Source of the DNA: an uncultured Ruminococcus sp.
GTDB lineage: Bacteria; Bacillota; Clostridia; Oscillospirales; CAG-272
Assembly: GCA_902762505.1 (NCBI GenBank)
Contig: CACWOQ010000004.1
Coordinates: 2,953 to 66,952, forward strand
Direction of reading: 5' to 3'
DNA length: 64,000 nucleotides
Position 1 is the first letter of the stretch; each line of letters opens with the position of its first letter. The position numbers were made by a program, and so were the translations under genes. The notes under the pieces are model-generated. The model was not told the DNA's origin. It ran no database searches and worked only from the letters and a program-made list of their open reading frames with translations. Below are positions 28,024 through 37,755 of the stretch, piece by piece.

Positions 28024-29913
28024 ATGAGACGGGTTTTAAGATCGGCTCTGCCGGCGCTTCTCTGCGCCGTGCTTATGACTTTGTCCGTTTCGTGTTCCGT
28101 GCAAACGGATCATCCCGCAAAGACCGAAGCCGCGGACAGCGGTCACGGCGGCACGGATACGGAAAAGGAGACTGATAAAGTGACGGAAACGGTAACGGAA
28201 ATATTCCCGCCCGACATAACCGAGAAGACGGATTACACGACGGACACGTGGGTCGCGGTCGACATAGATTTCGAAACAGACAAAGCGTACGGGGATAAAG
28301 AACAGCTTTACGTCTTCACGGACGTCATTTTCACACACCGCGAAAGCGGAAAAAAGCTCGTGATACCCGCGTTCTGGCGCGGCGGCGCAACCTTCACCGT
28401 GCGCTTCGCGCCGACGGAATACGGCGTATGGGACTACGTGACCTCGTGCGGCACGGACGCGTCGCTTGACGGAAAGACGGGGACCGTCGCCGCAAACGCT
28501 TACAAAGGTCCGCTCGAGATCTACAGACGCGGATTCGTAAAGACGAACGGTTCGAAGCATTTCGTATACGACGACGGCACGCCGTTCTTCTATCTCGGCG
28601 ACACGCACTGGAGCATGCTTACCGAGGAGTACGACAGCGCGGGGCTCGGCGCCGCGAGGACGGGTGCGAAATCGCATTTCAGATACATAGTTGACAAGCG
28701 CGTCGAGCAGGGCTTCACCGTCTACGAATCCGAGCCGATAGGAACGAAGGCGGATCTTACGGACGGTTCTCTCTCCTCCGCCGACGCGGCGGCGTTCAAC
28801 GACAACGACCGCTATTACCGCTACATAGCCGAAAAGGGGCTCGTACACGCGAACGCCGAATTCTTCTTCGCCGGCTCCATGAACGAAAGAGTCATGAACG
28901 ACGAAAAATACCTTGAGGCGATCTGCCGTTACTGGGTCGCGCGCTATTCAGCATATCCCGTTATGTGGACGCTCGGGCAGGAGATAGACAACGACTTTTA
29001 CCGCGAGCGCGGAGATCAGACGATTTACGATTATTCAAACAATCCGTGGGTGAAGATCGCGGAATATCTGCATAAATACGACGCGTACGGACATCCCCTG
29101 TCCGGGCATCAGGAAAACGCGATATATACGACGGCGTCCGGCAGCGGCACGACCGTACGCGACGCCGACAACGGCGGCAGATCCGCGTTTTACGCGGACG
29201 ACGTCAGCGCCGCGACCGGTCACAACTGGTGGGCGGTGCAGTGGCAGCCCGAGCTTGCCTCGCAGATAAACGACGCGGTGCCGAAGGATTATTACGCAAG
29301 CGGCAAGGTCGCGATCAACTACGAAAGCCGTTACTGCAACCTCTGGACGAAGGATTACGGAGCGCGTGCTCAGTCGTGGATCGCCATGCTCTCAGGCTTT
29401 GCCGGCGTGGGCTACGGAGCCGCCGACATATGGCTTTACAACAGCACCTACAACATGGACGAGCCGTCAAACGACGGACTTGAGACCGTCACCGTGGCGG
29501 ACAAGGCCATGGTATGGGGCAGATCCGTTGAGCTTGAATCAGCGTATCAGCAGGGTTATATGAGAAAATTCTTCGAGGGATTCGACTGGTGGGAGCTGAC
29601 GCCGGATTTCAACGACGGCAGCAGATTCGACGGGAAGGTCTCCTCGAGAAAAAGATCTTATTACGTCTGCGCGTCGATAGGAAACGATCTTTACGCCGTA
29701 TATCTTTACAGCAAAAACAAGGCGTCCGGAACCGTCTGCGGTATGGACGGCGACGCCGTATACGAGGCGAAGTGGTTCGATCCGCGCACGGGAGAATACG
29801 CCGTAATAGGCGACATAAAAGCCGACAAAACGGATAAGAACGGCGCGCCCGCGTGGTCGGCGCCGGACAGACCGGAAGAACTTGATTACGTACTTTTATT
29901 AAAGAAAAAGTGA
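28024..29913 (+). CDS. Secreted lipoprotein, DUF5060 beta-sandwich + DUF4038 (GH140-like/GH5-like TIM barrel) putative glycoside hydrolase
   Basis: Lipobox LSVSC. KLVIPAFWRGGATFTVRFAPTEYGVWDY resembles DUF5060, and KHFVYDDGTPFFYLGDTHWSML resembles DUF4038. Family call is from motif memory only. Confidence 0.5.
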   Translation: MRRVLRSALPALLCAVLMTLSVSCSVQTDHPAKTEAADSGHGGTDTEKETDKVTETVTEIFPPDITEKTDYTTDTWVAVDIDFETDKAYGDKEQLYVFTDVIFTHRESGKKLVIPAFWRGGATFTVRFAPTEYGVWDYVTSCGTDASLDGKTGTVAANAYKGPLEIYRRGFVKTNGSKHFVYDDGTPFFYLGDTHWSMLTEEYDSAGLGAARTGAKSHFRYIVDKRVEQGFTVYESEPIGTKADLTDGSLSSADAAAFNDNDRYYRYIAEKGLVHANAEFFFAGSMNERVMNDEKYLEAICRYWVARYSAYPVMWTLGQEIDNDFYRERGDQTIYDYSNNPWVKIAEYLHKYDAYGHPLSGHQENAIYTTASGSGTTVRDADNGGRSAFYADDVSAATGHNWWAVQWQPELASQINDAVPKDYYASGKVAINYESRYCNLWTKDYGARAQSWIAMLSGFAGVGYGAADIWLYNSTYNMDEPSNDGLETVTVADKAMVWGRSVELESAYQQGYMRKFFEGFDWWELTPDFNDGSRFDGKVSSRKRSYYVCASIGNDLYAVYLYSKNKASGTVCGMDGDAVYEAKWFDPRTGEYAVIGDIKADKTDKNGAPAWSAPDRPEELDYVLLLKKK

Positions 29914-29923
29914 GGATCAGAAA

Positions 29924-31381
29924 ATGAAAAAAACCGTCTGCGCGGTTCTCGCCGCGCTTACCGTCATCTTCACGCTTGCCGCAGCCGGCTGCGCCGGAAG
30001 ACCGGAAGCGGCAACGAGCGAGCCGGAGGTCACCGATACCGTAACGGAAGAGGAGACCACGGCGGAGGACACTGCCGCCCTGCCCGAGAAAAATTACGGC
30101 GGCGAGGAATTCCGCATACTCAGTCAGAACGACGGCAACCGTCATTACGACGTGTTCGCCGAGGAAGCGGAAAACAACGACAGCGTCCGCGACGCCGTAT
30201 ATCAGAGAAACAAAGTGGTCGAGGATAAATTCGGCGTGAAGATCGTCGTTGTATCCGATATCTTTTCCAACGTTAACGCGGCGATCGACAGAATGGTCAA
30301 ATCCGGCTCCGACGATTACGACCTCTGCTTCGTGCATATGGTGACCGGCGCCGCGCTCGCGCTCGATCACGACTTCGTGCCGTTTGAGAATCTGACGTAC
30401 GTCGACCTGTCGAAGCCCTGGTGGGACAAGTCGCTTAAGGAGGGCTTTTCCATCGGAAACAACCTTTTCTTGGCGAACGGCGACATAAGCCCGTCGAGCT
30501 TCAGCACGACCTCGTGCCTGTATTTCAACAAGAAAATATTCGACAGAAACGACCTTGAATATCCGTATGAGCTCGTCAAATCCGGCAAATGGACGCTTGA
30601 CAGGTTCATAGAATACACAAAGGAGTTCACGCGCGACGCGGACGGCGACGGCAAAATCGACCCGCACGGCACCGCTGACACGTTCGGTCTTACGTCCTGG
30701 GCGTACGACGTTCCGTACAGCCTCTATTACGGCGCGGGCGGCGGCCTCGTTTCCAAGGATGAAAACGACATGCCGTACTACGATCCGCAGATCGAGCGCG
30801 ACGAGCAGATCTACGGCAAGATATACGAAGCCGTGATCACAAACAACGCCTATTTCGAAACTGCGGACTACAACAACGTCGGTCAGCTTTTCATAAACGG
30901 TCAGGCGATGTTCTATGACGCGAGCCTGCTGCTCGCCGACAGGCTGAGAGACATGAGCGACGAATTCGGAATAATCCCCTTACCGAAATTCGACGAGTCT
31001 CAGAAGGAATACCGTTCCTTCGTGAACGGCGCGTCGAGCATGGTATGCGTGCCCGCCTCGTGTCAGGATCTTGAAAGAGCGTCTGTCATTACGGAAGCGC
31101 TCGCCTCCGAGGCCTACGCCACGGTAACGCCCGTGCTCTATGAAACGTACCTGAAACGCAAGGTCAGCCGCGACGCCGACTCCGCGGAAATGATCGATTA
31201 CATAGTCAGAAACCGTGTGTTCGATATGGGATACGTGAATCTGTTCGACGGGATCGGATCCTACGTCAGAGAGCTTCTCGTATCAAAAGCGACAAGCGTC
31301 GCGTCAACGTTCAAATCACGCGACAAATCGTCGAAAAACATCATCAAAAAGATGATAGAAGCGTACAACGGCAAAAAATGA
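29924..31381 (+). CDS. ABC-transporter extracellular solute-binding lipoprotein (family 1, sugar type)
   Basis: Lipobox LAAAGC, about 485 aa. PWWDKSLKEGFSIGNNLFLANGD and GKWTLDRFIEY...DGDGKID...FGL are typical of large Firmicutes sugar-binding SBPs. Confidence 0.7.
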   Translation: MKKTVCAVLAALTVIFTLAAAGCAGRPEAATSEPEVTDTVTEEETTAEDTAALPEKNYGGEEFRILSQNDGNRHYDVFAEEAENNDSVRDAVYQRNKVVEDKFGVKIVVVSDIFSNVNAAIDRMVKSGSDDYDLCFVHMVTGAALALDHDFVPFENLTYVDLSKPWWDKSLKEGFSIGNNLFLANGDISPSSFSTTSCLYFNKKIFDRNDLEYPYELVKSGKWTLDRFIEYTKEFTRDADGDGKIDPHGTADTFGLTSWAYDVPYSLYYGAGGGLVSKDENDMPYYDPQIERDEQIYGKIYEAVITNNAYFETADYNNVGQLFINGQAMFYDASLLLADRLRDMSDEFGIIPLPKFDESQKEYRSFVNGASSMVCVPASCQDLERASVITEALASEAYATVTPVLYETYLKRKVSRDADSAEMIDYIVRNRVFDMGYVNLFDGIGSYVRELLVSKATSVASTFKSRDKSSKNIIKKMIEAYNGKK

Positions 31382-31387
31382 ACGAAG

Positions 31388-31416
31388 CGCTCCGTGCAAA
31401 CGGAGCGTTTTTATTT
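31388..31416 (+). terminator. Intrinsic terminator
   Basis: CGCTCCGT-GCAA-ACGGAGCG followed by TTTTTATTT. Confidence 0.75.
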
Positions 31417-31456
31417 ATCAGCGCGCGATATTAAACTCCCGTACAACAAAAAGGTG

Positions 31457-31485
31457 TTGACTTTTACGCAAAGTGGTGATAAAAT
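31457..31485 (+). promoter_or_regulatory. Candidate sigma-A promoter (extended -10)
   Basis: TTGACT, 17 nt, TAAAAT, with TGA immediately upstream of the -10. Confidence 0.55.
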
Positions 31486-31530
31486 TACGTAAAAAAGCAG
31501 TAACACCGTTTTGCTATCAGGAGGAAGACA

Positions 31531-32793
31531 TTGAAAAACATAATTCCGAAAGCCGCGGCGCTGATACTCGCCGCGCTGATAACGCTCACGTCATGCACCA
31601 CGGGCGGACCGGGCGACGTTACGACCGTGCCGGAACCCGTGACCGAGCCGGAAACGACGGCGGAGCAGACGGAAGAACAAACAGAGACCGAGGAGGAAAC
31701 AACAGTGGAAGAGACACCCGAAGTACCCGGCAGGGTCGAGCTTTATCAGCTCGCGCCCGAAAGCACGAGCCTTATGATGAGCTACGTCATAGTCACGCCG
31801 AACAAAAAGATCATCGTTATAGACGGAGGCATAGACGGTACCGGACTTGACGGAAAAACTTATATACCGGCGGCTGTAAGAGGCATACTCGGGCTTGCCG
31901 AGGGCGAATACTTTGAGATCGAAGCGTGGTTTTTGTCTCACGAACACAGAGACCATTTCAACGAGTTATCAAAGCTTCTCAAGGCTTATAAAGCCGAAGA
32001 CAACTACAAGATTAACAACTTCTATTTCGACTTTCCCGAGATCGGGACCGAATGGGACAGCAAGGCGGGCGCAAACGACTACGATCTGCCGAGGCTCGAC
32101 ACGCTGAAGAACGGGTTTGACAACTACTATTCGGTAAACGCATTCAACGGGATCACGGGGGCGGATATTCCCGCCGACAAATTCACAAAGCCCGAGGGCG
32201 CACAGCATTATTACTACGACCTTATAAACGGCGCCGTGATCAATGAAGAGGCGATAGAAAAAGGACTTACGATAGAAGTTGACGGCGTTTCGTTCCGCAT
32301 CCTTCTCACCTGGTGCAAGGATTCGAGATACGTAAACAGCACGTCGGTCATCATGCGTATGGAATACGACGGACACACCGTCCTCTTCCTCGGCGACTGC
32401 GCGTCAGACGAAAGCGACAGGCTTCTTGCGAAATACGCGCCCGAGGAAATGAGATCCGATTACGTTCAGATGGGTCATCACGGACAGGGCGGTCCCGACA
32501 AAAAGTTCTACGACGCCATAAACACGACCGATTCGATCCGCCTCTGGCCGACGCCGAGCTGGGTATGGAGCAACGCTCAGACTTACAGGATAGGCGACAC
32601 GAGATCGTGGGTCGGGCTTCCGTTCGAGGCGGCTGATTTCAAGGCGCAGGGACTCCTTGAGACCGGCATGGATTTCGTCGCGGGCCTTTACGCGAAATAC
32701 CCCCGCGGCAGGGTCGACAAGGTAAAGAACTGGACCGAAGAGGTCCTCTCCGGAATGCGCGTCGCGGTATTTGAAGAAAACGCCGCGAAATGA
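31531..32793 (+). CDS. MBL-fold metallo-hydrolase lipoprotein (ComEC-type beta-lactamase-like domain)
   Basis: TTG start with GGAGGA upstream. Lipobox LTSC. HxHxDH motif LSHEHRDHF, and later MGHHGQGG. Confidence 0.7.
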   Translation: MKNIIPKAAALILAALITLTSCTTGGPGDVTTVPEPVTEPETTAEQTEEQTETEEETTVEETPEVPGRVELYQLAPESTSLMMSYVIVTPNKKIIVIDGGIDGTGLDGKTYIPAAVRGILGLAEGEYFEIEAWFLSHEHRDHFNELSKLLKAYKAEDNYKINNFYFDFPEIGTEWDSKAGANDYDLPRLDTLKNGFDNYYSVNAFNGITGADIPADKFTKPEGAQHYYYDLINGAVINEEAIEKGLTIEVDGVSFRILLTWCKDSRYVNSTSVIMRMEYDGHTVLFLGDCASDESDRLLAKYAPEEMRSDYVQMGHHGQGGPDKKFYDAINTTDSIRLWPTPSWVWSNAQTYRIGDTRSWVGLPFEAADFKAQGLLETGMDFVAGLYAKYPRGRVDKVKNWTEEVLSGMRVAVFEENAAK

Positions 32794-32834
32794 CCGGGCA
32801 AAAGTGTAATTTAATAGAAAAAGAGGATAAAACC

Positions 32835-34238
32835 ATGAGCGAAAAAGAAAAATCCGCGGGCGAGCTGCTCAAAGAAAAGCTTGTCTACAAAAAGAAAAAC
32901 GTATTTGAAAAATGCCCCGAACAGACCGAGGCGGCGCTCGCCTACTGCGAGGATTACAAAAAATTCCTTGACAACGGCAAGACCGAGCGCGACGCCACCG
33001 CGTATTCGATCGGGCTTGCAAAGGCTCACGGCTTCCGTGAATACAAGCTCGGGATGAAGGTGAAAGCGGGAGACAAATTCTATTACGACAACCGCGGCAA
33101 GAGCCTTTACCTCTTCATCATCGGCTCCGAGGATATCGAAAACGGCATCGCGATCACGGCGGCGCACATCGACTCTCCGAGACTCGACATCAAAGCCAAC
33201 CCCGTATACGAGGCGGGCGGAATGGCGTTCATCAAGACGCATTACTACGGCGGTATCAAGAAATACCAGTGGACGGCGATACCGCTCGCAATACACGGCA
33301 TGGTAACTCTTTCCGACGGAAGCACGGTCGAAGTGAACATAGGCGAGGACGACAACGATCCGCTGTTCTACGTAAACGACATACTTCCCCATCTTGCGAA
33401 GGATCAGTATCAGAAGCACGTCGGCGACGCGATAGAGGGCGAACAGCTCAATCTGCTCTCCGGCAGCATACCGTTCGACAACGAGACGTCGGAGGCGATA
33501 AAACTCAACCTTCTGAAGCTCCTGAACGACAAATACGGAATGACAGAGTACGACTTCCAGGCGGCGGAGCTCTCCGCGGTACCTGCGTACAAGGCGCGCG
33601 ATATCGGTCTTGACAGGTCGCTTATCGCCGCGTACGGTCACGACGACAAGGTCTGCGCATATCCCGAGATCACGGCGATACTGAGCCTCGAGCATCCGAA
33701 GAAGACCGTAATGAGCATCCTCGCCGACAAGGAGGAGACGGGCTCAAACGGCAACACCGGCATGAAGACGAGCGCGTTCTGCGACATCATAGCCGATATC
33801 TCCGCATCGCTCGGGAAGAACGAGCGTATCGTCAGATCCAATTCAGTATGCCTGTCCGCGGACGTCGCGGCGGCGTACGATCCCAACTTCGCGGGAGCCT
33901 ACGAGATAAACAACTCCGCGCTGATCAACTCCGGTATAGCGCTCTGCAAATACACGGGCGCGCGCGGAAAGTCCGATACGAACGACGCCTCGGGCGAATA
34001 CGTCGGGAAGATCAGGAAGATATTCGACGACAACAACGTCGTATGGCAGTCCTGCGAGCTCGGCAAGGTCGATCAGGGCGGCGGCGGAACGGTCGCGAAG
34101 TATATTTCGGAAAAGAACATCGACACGGTCGACGTCGGCGTTCCCGTGATCTCCATGCACGCACCGTACGAGGTCGTATCAAAGTTCGACGTTTACAATA
34201 TGCACAAAGCTGTCGTCGCGTTCTACACGGCTGAATGA
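32835..34238 (+). CDS. M18-family aminopeptidase (aminopeptidase 1 / aspartyl aminopeptidase-like)
   Basis: ATG at 32835 preceded by AGAGGA. AAHIDSPRLDIK, THYYGGIKKYQW, YGHDDKVC, LADKEETGSNG and ISMHAPYE match the M18 metal-binding blocks. Confidence 0.8.
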   Translation: MSEKEKSAGELLKEKLVYKKKNVFEKCPEQTEAALAYCEDYKKFLDNGKTERDATAYSIGLAKAHGFREYKLGMKVKAGDKFYYDNRGKSLYLFIIGSEDIENGIAITAAHIDSPRLDIKANPVYEAGGMAFIKTHYYGGIKKYQWTAIPLAIHGMVTLSDGSTVEVNIGEDDNDPLFYVNDILPHLAKDQYQKHVGDAIEGEQLNLLSGSIPFDNETSEAIKLNLLKLLNDKYGMTEYDFQAAELSAVPAYKARDIGLDRSLIAAYGHDDKVCAYPEITAILSLEHPKKTVMSILADKEETGSNGNTGMKTSAFCDIIADISASLGKNERIVRSNSVCLSADVAAAYDPNFAGAYEINNSALINSGIALCKYTGARGKSDTNDASGEYVGKIRKIFDDNNVVWQSCELGKVDQGGGGTVAKYISEKNIDTVDVGVPVISMHAPYEVVSKFDVYNMHKAVVAFYTAE

Positions 34239-34243
34239 ATATG

Positions 34244-34281
34244 AAAACCGGGGCGGATCCGTCGATACCGCCCCGGTTTTT
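34244..34281 (+). terminator. Intrinsic terminator
   Basis: 13-bp stem AAAACCGGGGCGG / CCGCCCCGGTTTT with an 11-nt loop and a T tail. Confidence 0.8.
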
Positions 34282-34400
34282 CCGTCATCCGCCCTCCGAA
34301 ATTCGAATTTACAAAATGTTTACAAGAATTTCTGACACTTTTTCGTAAAAAACGTATATATATATGAAGAGCAAGCGCTTTTGATAAAAGAGGTATATTT

Positions 34401-34658
34401 ATGAAAAAAATCAGCAAAGCTACCGCTCTGAAGAAAACCGTCTCGCTGCTGCTTTCCTTTGTGATGATCCTCGTTATCATCCCCATCACCGCGGTGCACG
34501 CGGACGACGGTCCCGGGCTTGCGGTCACCGTTCTGGATGAAGATCAGCTTCACGATATAGCCGCAGAGAGCGCGGGAAAGCTGCCGGACGAGCTTTTGCA
34601 GCGCCTGTCCCTGCGCGATGCCGATATCCCGGAATCAATGAGTTCCACGGATATATGA
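34401..34658 (+). CDS. Signal-peptide fragment (85 aa), probably the N-terminus of the downstream gene cut off by an in-frame TGA
   Basis: MKKISKATALKKTVSLLLSFVMILVIIPITAVHA signal peptide. Same reading frame as 34737..36905, with no further stop between 34659 and 34736. Confidence 0.5.
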   Translation: MKKISKATALKKTVSLLLSFVMILVIIPITAVHADDGPGLAVTVLDEDQLHDIAAESAGKLPDELLQRLSLRDADIPESMSSTDI

Positions 34659-34736
34659 AACACGGAAGCGGTCGCCCGGCTCAAAGCCCGTGAAGACGGT
34701 CTTTCGTCGCTTGTATATGTAAACCGTGACGGAAAG

Positions 34737-36905
34737 GTGACGGAATACTTCTTTTCCGAGAACGTGAAGTACGAAAAAGAGGGAAACATATACGATAAAT
34801 CTAACCGCCTTACCGCGTCTGAAAAAACGGGCGGATATACAAACGAAGAGAATGACATAAACGTAACGCTGCCTTTTGAGCTGTCAAAAAGCAGCGGCAT
34901 AGAATTATCCTATAAGGATCACTTGATCGGATTCACACCTGTAAATAAAGACGACGGTAAAACGGCTGCAAAGCAGAGCACGGATGATACCGTAATATAT
35001 AAAAACGCTTTCGGCGAGGGTATATCGCTTGAATATACGGCGCAGTTCTCCGGCGTCAAGGAGAACGTGATAATAGCGCGTGATACGGGAGTATATGAAT
35101 ATGCGTTCGTGCTGAAAACACACGGCTTGTATCTCACAGCGGAAAACGGCGTTGTTCTTTTGCTTGATGAAAAGGGAGAAGAGATCGCGCAGATCGGCGG
35201 CGTGCTGATATATGACGAAAAAGGAAAGCCGGGCGAAGGCTCATTCAATGTAACGGAGCTTGTACCGGGTGAGGAATACGTATACACCGTTTCCGTGTCT
35301 GAGGCTTTTATGAAAAGCGATGATACGGCTTTTCCCGTTACCGTTGATCCGACAATTACATTTAATTCGTCATATCTGTATTATGATTCATCGCTGCAAG
35401 CGTTTTCGGGAGATTATACCCTGGACGCTGCGTGCCAATCTGTAAGCTTAGGACGCACCGGGACGTCAACTTATAAAAGAATGCTTATAAAATTCCCGAG
35501 TTTAACAACGGCGCTGAAAAAAATATCGTTCGATAATATCACAAGTATTAATCTGACGTTATACAGATCGAGTCCGTATGATTTTCAAACGATCAATTGT
35601 TACAGGATGACGAATTCCTGGTCAAGTACATCCGGATCAACAACTTCATCGGTATGGAACGGTTATGATCCCTCAAGCGTTGTAACGGGAAGCTTCTATA
35701 GTAATTGTAATTCCTGCTCGGTGAATATTAAAAGCATATGTGAGAAATGGATCGTAAATAATTACAGTGATTACGGTATAATGATCAAATTGCAGGATGA
35801 ATCGTTAAGCGGTCTGTCTTTGTATACAAAAGAAAATGCGAGCAGAAAACCCGTAGTCAGCATTTCATATACCATGCCTTCAAACATAGAAGACGTCGGA
35901 TTAAAAGAAAAACATCTATACAAGATCAAAAACACTTCTTCATTCAGTTATATCGGCTGTAACAGATCAAATTCAGGTACATATTCCGTATCTTTAAGCA
36001 CAACCGAACCGAGCGCATCATCGACCCTCGAAAACAGTGTGTATTTCGCTTTGTACAAAGACGGGAACAGTGGCTATTTCAAACTGACCCCGACAAATGC
36101 CAACTATAGGGGCAGCAAGGAATTATGGAATACCACTGAGATAAATTACTTGTATTATGACGGCAGCTCTGTAGGTATTTCAAGCAGTTATAACAACAGC
36201 AATAAATCAAGCTGGTACGTTGTAATGCATAACGACGGCAAATACTTTATATTGAACAGATACTATCCGAACATTGCCTTGAACTGGTTCTTAGGTAATC
36301 CTTCAGTTTCAACGGGCGAAGTTTCATTTAGCAGCTTGTCTCATAAATGGGAGTTCATCCCTGTCGGGCTTGATGTGCCGTTAATTCAACAAGAGCCAAA
36401 TTACTGCGGTCCTTGTTCAGTATTACAGGCAATAACATATAACGGAACTGAGAATCAAATTTGTAACAACCCGAACAATTACCAGAATCAATTGGCAATA
36501 AATATGAATACTGACTCAAGCGGGACAATCGTTGGCAAGGTTAAAGATGAGTTAAACAAGACGATTTATAACTTTCCTTCAACATTCAATAGTTACAGAG
36601 ACAACGTTATTAACAATACAAATAAGCTTAAAGAATATTGCCAGCATAGTTTAAACTTGCTATGTCCGGTTATCATTCAGGTTAAGCCATCAATTCTAGA
36701 TTATTATTCAAGTAATTATTCAAGCGATGGACACTATATTTGCTTGATTGGTATTGACGGAAATAACGCGATAGTAAGAGATTGTAATAATTCCGACTCG
36801 TATTTTGGTGAATTTGTTGTTCCTTTAAGTTCAGTATATGATGCCTCAACAAATTACTTTCCCCCCGATCATCCAACATATTCAAACTATATTATCTGCG
36901 CGTAA
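34737..36905 (+). CDS. Large multidomain protein: DNRLRE-like domain, beta-trefoil-like region and C-terminal papain-fold (C39-like) cysteine peptidase; lacks its own signal peptide
   Basis: The reading frame stays open upstream back to the TGA at 34656. The C-terminus has QQEPNYCGPCSVLQAI (Cys) and DGHYICLIGIDG (His), typical of the Peptidase_C39-like fold. WYVV and KWEFIP are QxW-like. Domain names are from motif memory. Confidence 0.5.
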   Translation: MTEYFFSENVKYEKEGNIYDKSNRLTASEKTGGYTNEENDINVTLPFELSKSSGIELSYKDHLIGFTPVNKDDGKTAAKQSTDDTVIYKNAFGEGISLEYTAQFSGVKENVIIARDTGVYEYAFVLKTHGLYLTAENGVVLLLDEKGEEIAQIGGVLIYDEKGKPGEGSFNVTELVPGEEYVYTVSVSEAFMKSDDTAFPVTVDPTITFNSSYLYYDSSLQAFSGDYTLDAACQSVSLGRTGTSTYKRMLIKFPSLTTALKKISFDNITSINLTLYRSSPYDFQTINCYRMTNSWSSTSGSTTSSVWNGYDPSSVVTGSFYSNCNSCSVNIKSICEKWIVNNYSDYGIMIKLQDESLSGLSLYTKENASRKPVVSISYTMPSNIEDVGLKEKHLYKIKNTSSFSYIGCNRSNSGTYSVSLSTTEPSASSTLENSVYFALYKDGNSGYFKLTPTNANYRGSKELWNTTEINYLYYDGSSVGISSSYNNSNKSSWYVVMHNDGKYFILNRYYPNIALNWFLGNPSVSTGEVSFSSLSHKWEFIPVGLDVPLIQQEPNYCGPCSVLQAITYNGTENQICNNPNNYQNQLAINMNTDSSGTIVGKVKDELNKTIYNFPSTFNSYRDNVINNTNKLKEYCQHSLNLLCPVIIQVKPSILDYYSSNYSSDGHYICLIGIDGNNAIVRDCNNSDSYFGEFVVPLSSVYDASTNYFPPDHPTYSNYIICA

Positions 36906-36930
36906 AAATCATCATAATGGAGGATGCAAA

Positions 36931-37605
36931 ATGAATTATGTAAAAAAAGCAGTAATATGCTTAGTTTCCATTACAATAGTATTGTCTGTCGCGTGTTGTG
37001 CATACGAAACGACGAATAAATATGACGGCAGCATAAAATGTGCGTTTCAACTATATCTGGTGATGTATCAGGATTGTGCAAATAAGCCATATGTTGAAAA
37101 TACTGACATAAGTATTGACGCTGATACGGAAGACTACGGAAAATGTAAAGCGTGGGAATTCACAGAGGATCTGTCAACTCCCGAAAAATTCAATGATTAT
37201 ACGTCGTCATTCTTTGACGATAACGTTTCCGCAAAGGCTTTTCATGAAACGATGTATCTTAAACTGATTGACGGAAAAATCGTATTGCTTGAGTTAGGAC
37301 CGCAATATATACCGTTTCAATATGACGAATCTGCGAAAACTTACATCATTGCAGAAACAGATAATACAATAACTTTGAAACGTGCAATCCTGCATATTAA
37401 CGGAAATGGCGACAGATCTCAAATTGATTACACCTTTATAATAAATAAAACAAATCAAAAAATCTGCGGAGGCACATTTGTTGAAAAAATGCTTGAAATC
37501 GATGCCGACACCCCTCAAACCTCCGACGCGCCAGTGATCGCTGTATGTGCTCTGACGCTTTCCGCCGCGGCGGCAGCGGTGCTGATAAAGAAGAAAAAAG
37601 TCTGA
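36931..37605 (+). CDS. Small surface (lipo)protein with a C-terminal TPQTSD sorting-signal-like tail
   Basis: ATG at 36931 with GGAGGA upstream. Signal/lipobox LSVACC. C-terminus DTPQTSDAPVIAVCALTLSAAAAAVLIKKKKV. Confidence 0.6.
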   Translation: MNYVKKAVICLVSITIVLSVACCAYETTNKYDGSIKCAFQLYLVMYQDCANKPYVENTDISIDADTEDYGKCKAWEFTEDLSTPEKFNDYTSSFFDDNVSAKAFHETMYLKLIDGKIVLLELGPQYIPFQYDESAKTYIIAETDNTITLKRAILHINGNGDRSQIDYTFIINKTNQKICGGTFVEKMLEIDADTPQTSDAPVIAVCALTLSAAAAAVLIKKKKV

Positions 37606-37752
37606 CCCGTGCCGTTCATCATATACGACAAGAACGCGGCGCACGTGATAGAGCCGGCGGACGATTACGGTCTGTCGAACGTAGCCGCCACCGTCACCGA
37701 GCTTCTCGGTCTTACGCCGGATCCCGTATGGCAAAGAAGTATGCTGAAATAA
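37606..37752 (+). pseudogene. 48-codon C-terminal relic of an alkaline-phosphatase-superfamily (metalloenzyme/phosphodiesterase-like) gene
   Basis: Directly in frame after the TGA of the preceding gene: PVPFIIYDKNAAHVIEPADDYGLSNVAATVTELLGLTPDPVWQRSMLK*. GC-rich like the host, and followed by its own terminator. No start codon and no N-terminal part. Confidence 0.5.
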
Positions 37753-37755
37753 GTC

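Noticed and set aside
28036-30667. Minus-strand ORFs 28036..28848 (270 aa) and 29609..30667 (352 aa).
   Set aside because: They are antisense to the DUF4038-like and SBP genes, Arg-rich, and without RBS or motifs.
34656-34658. In-frame TGA read as selenocysteine or as a reassigned sense codon.
   Set aside because: Many genes in the window terminate at TGA, including the ATGA-coupled ATPase genes, so TGA is a stop here. I see no convincing SECIS-like hairpin immediately downstream, and the domain context is not that of a redox enzyme. This stays a formal possibility and is noted under the finding.
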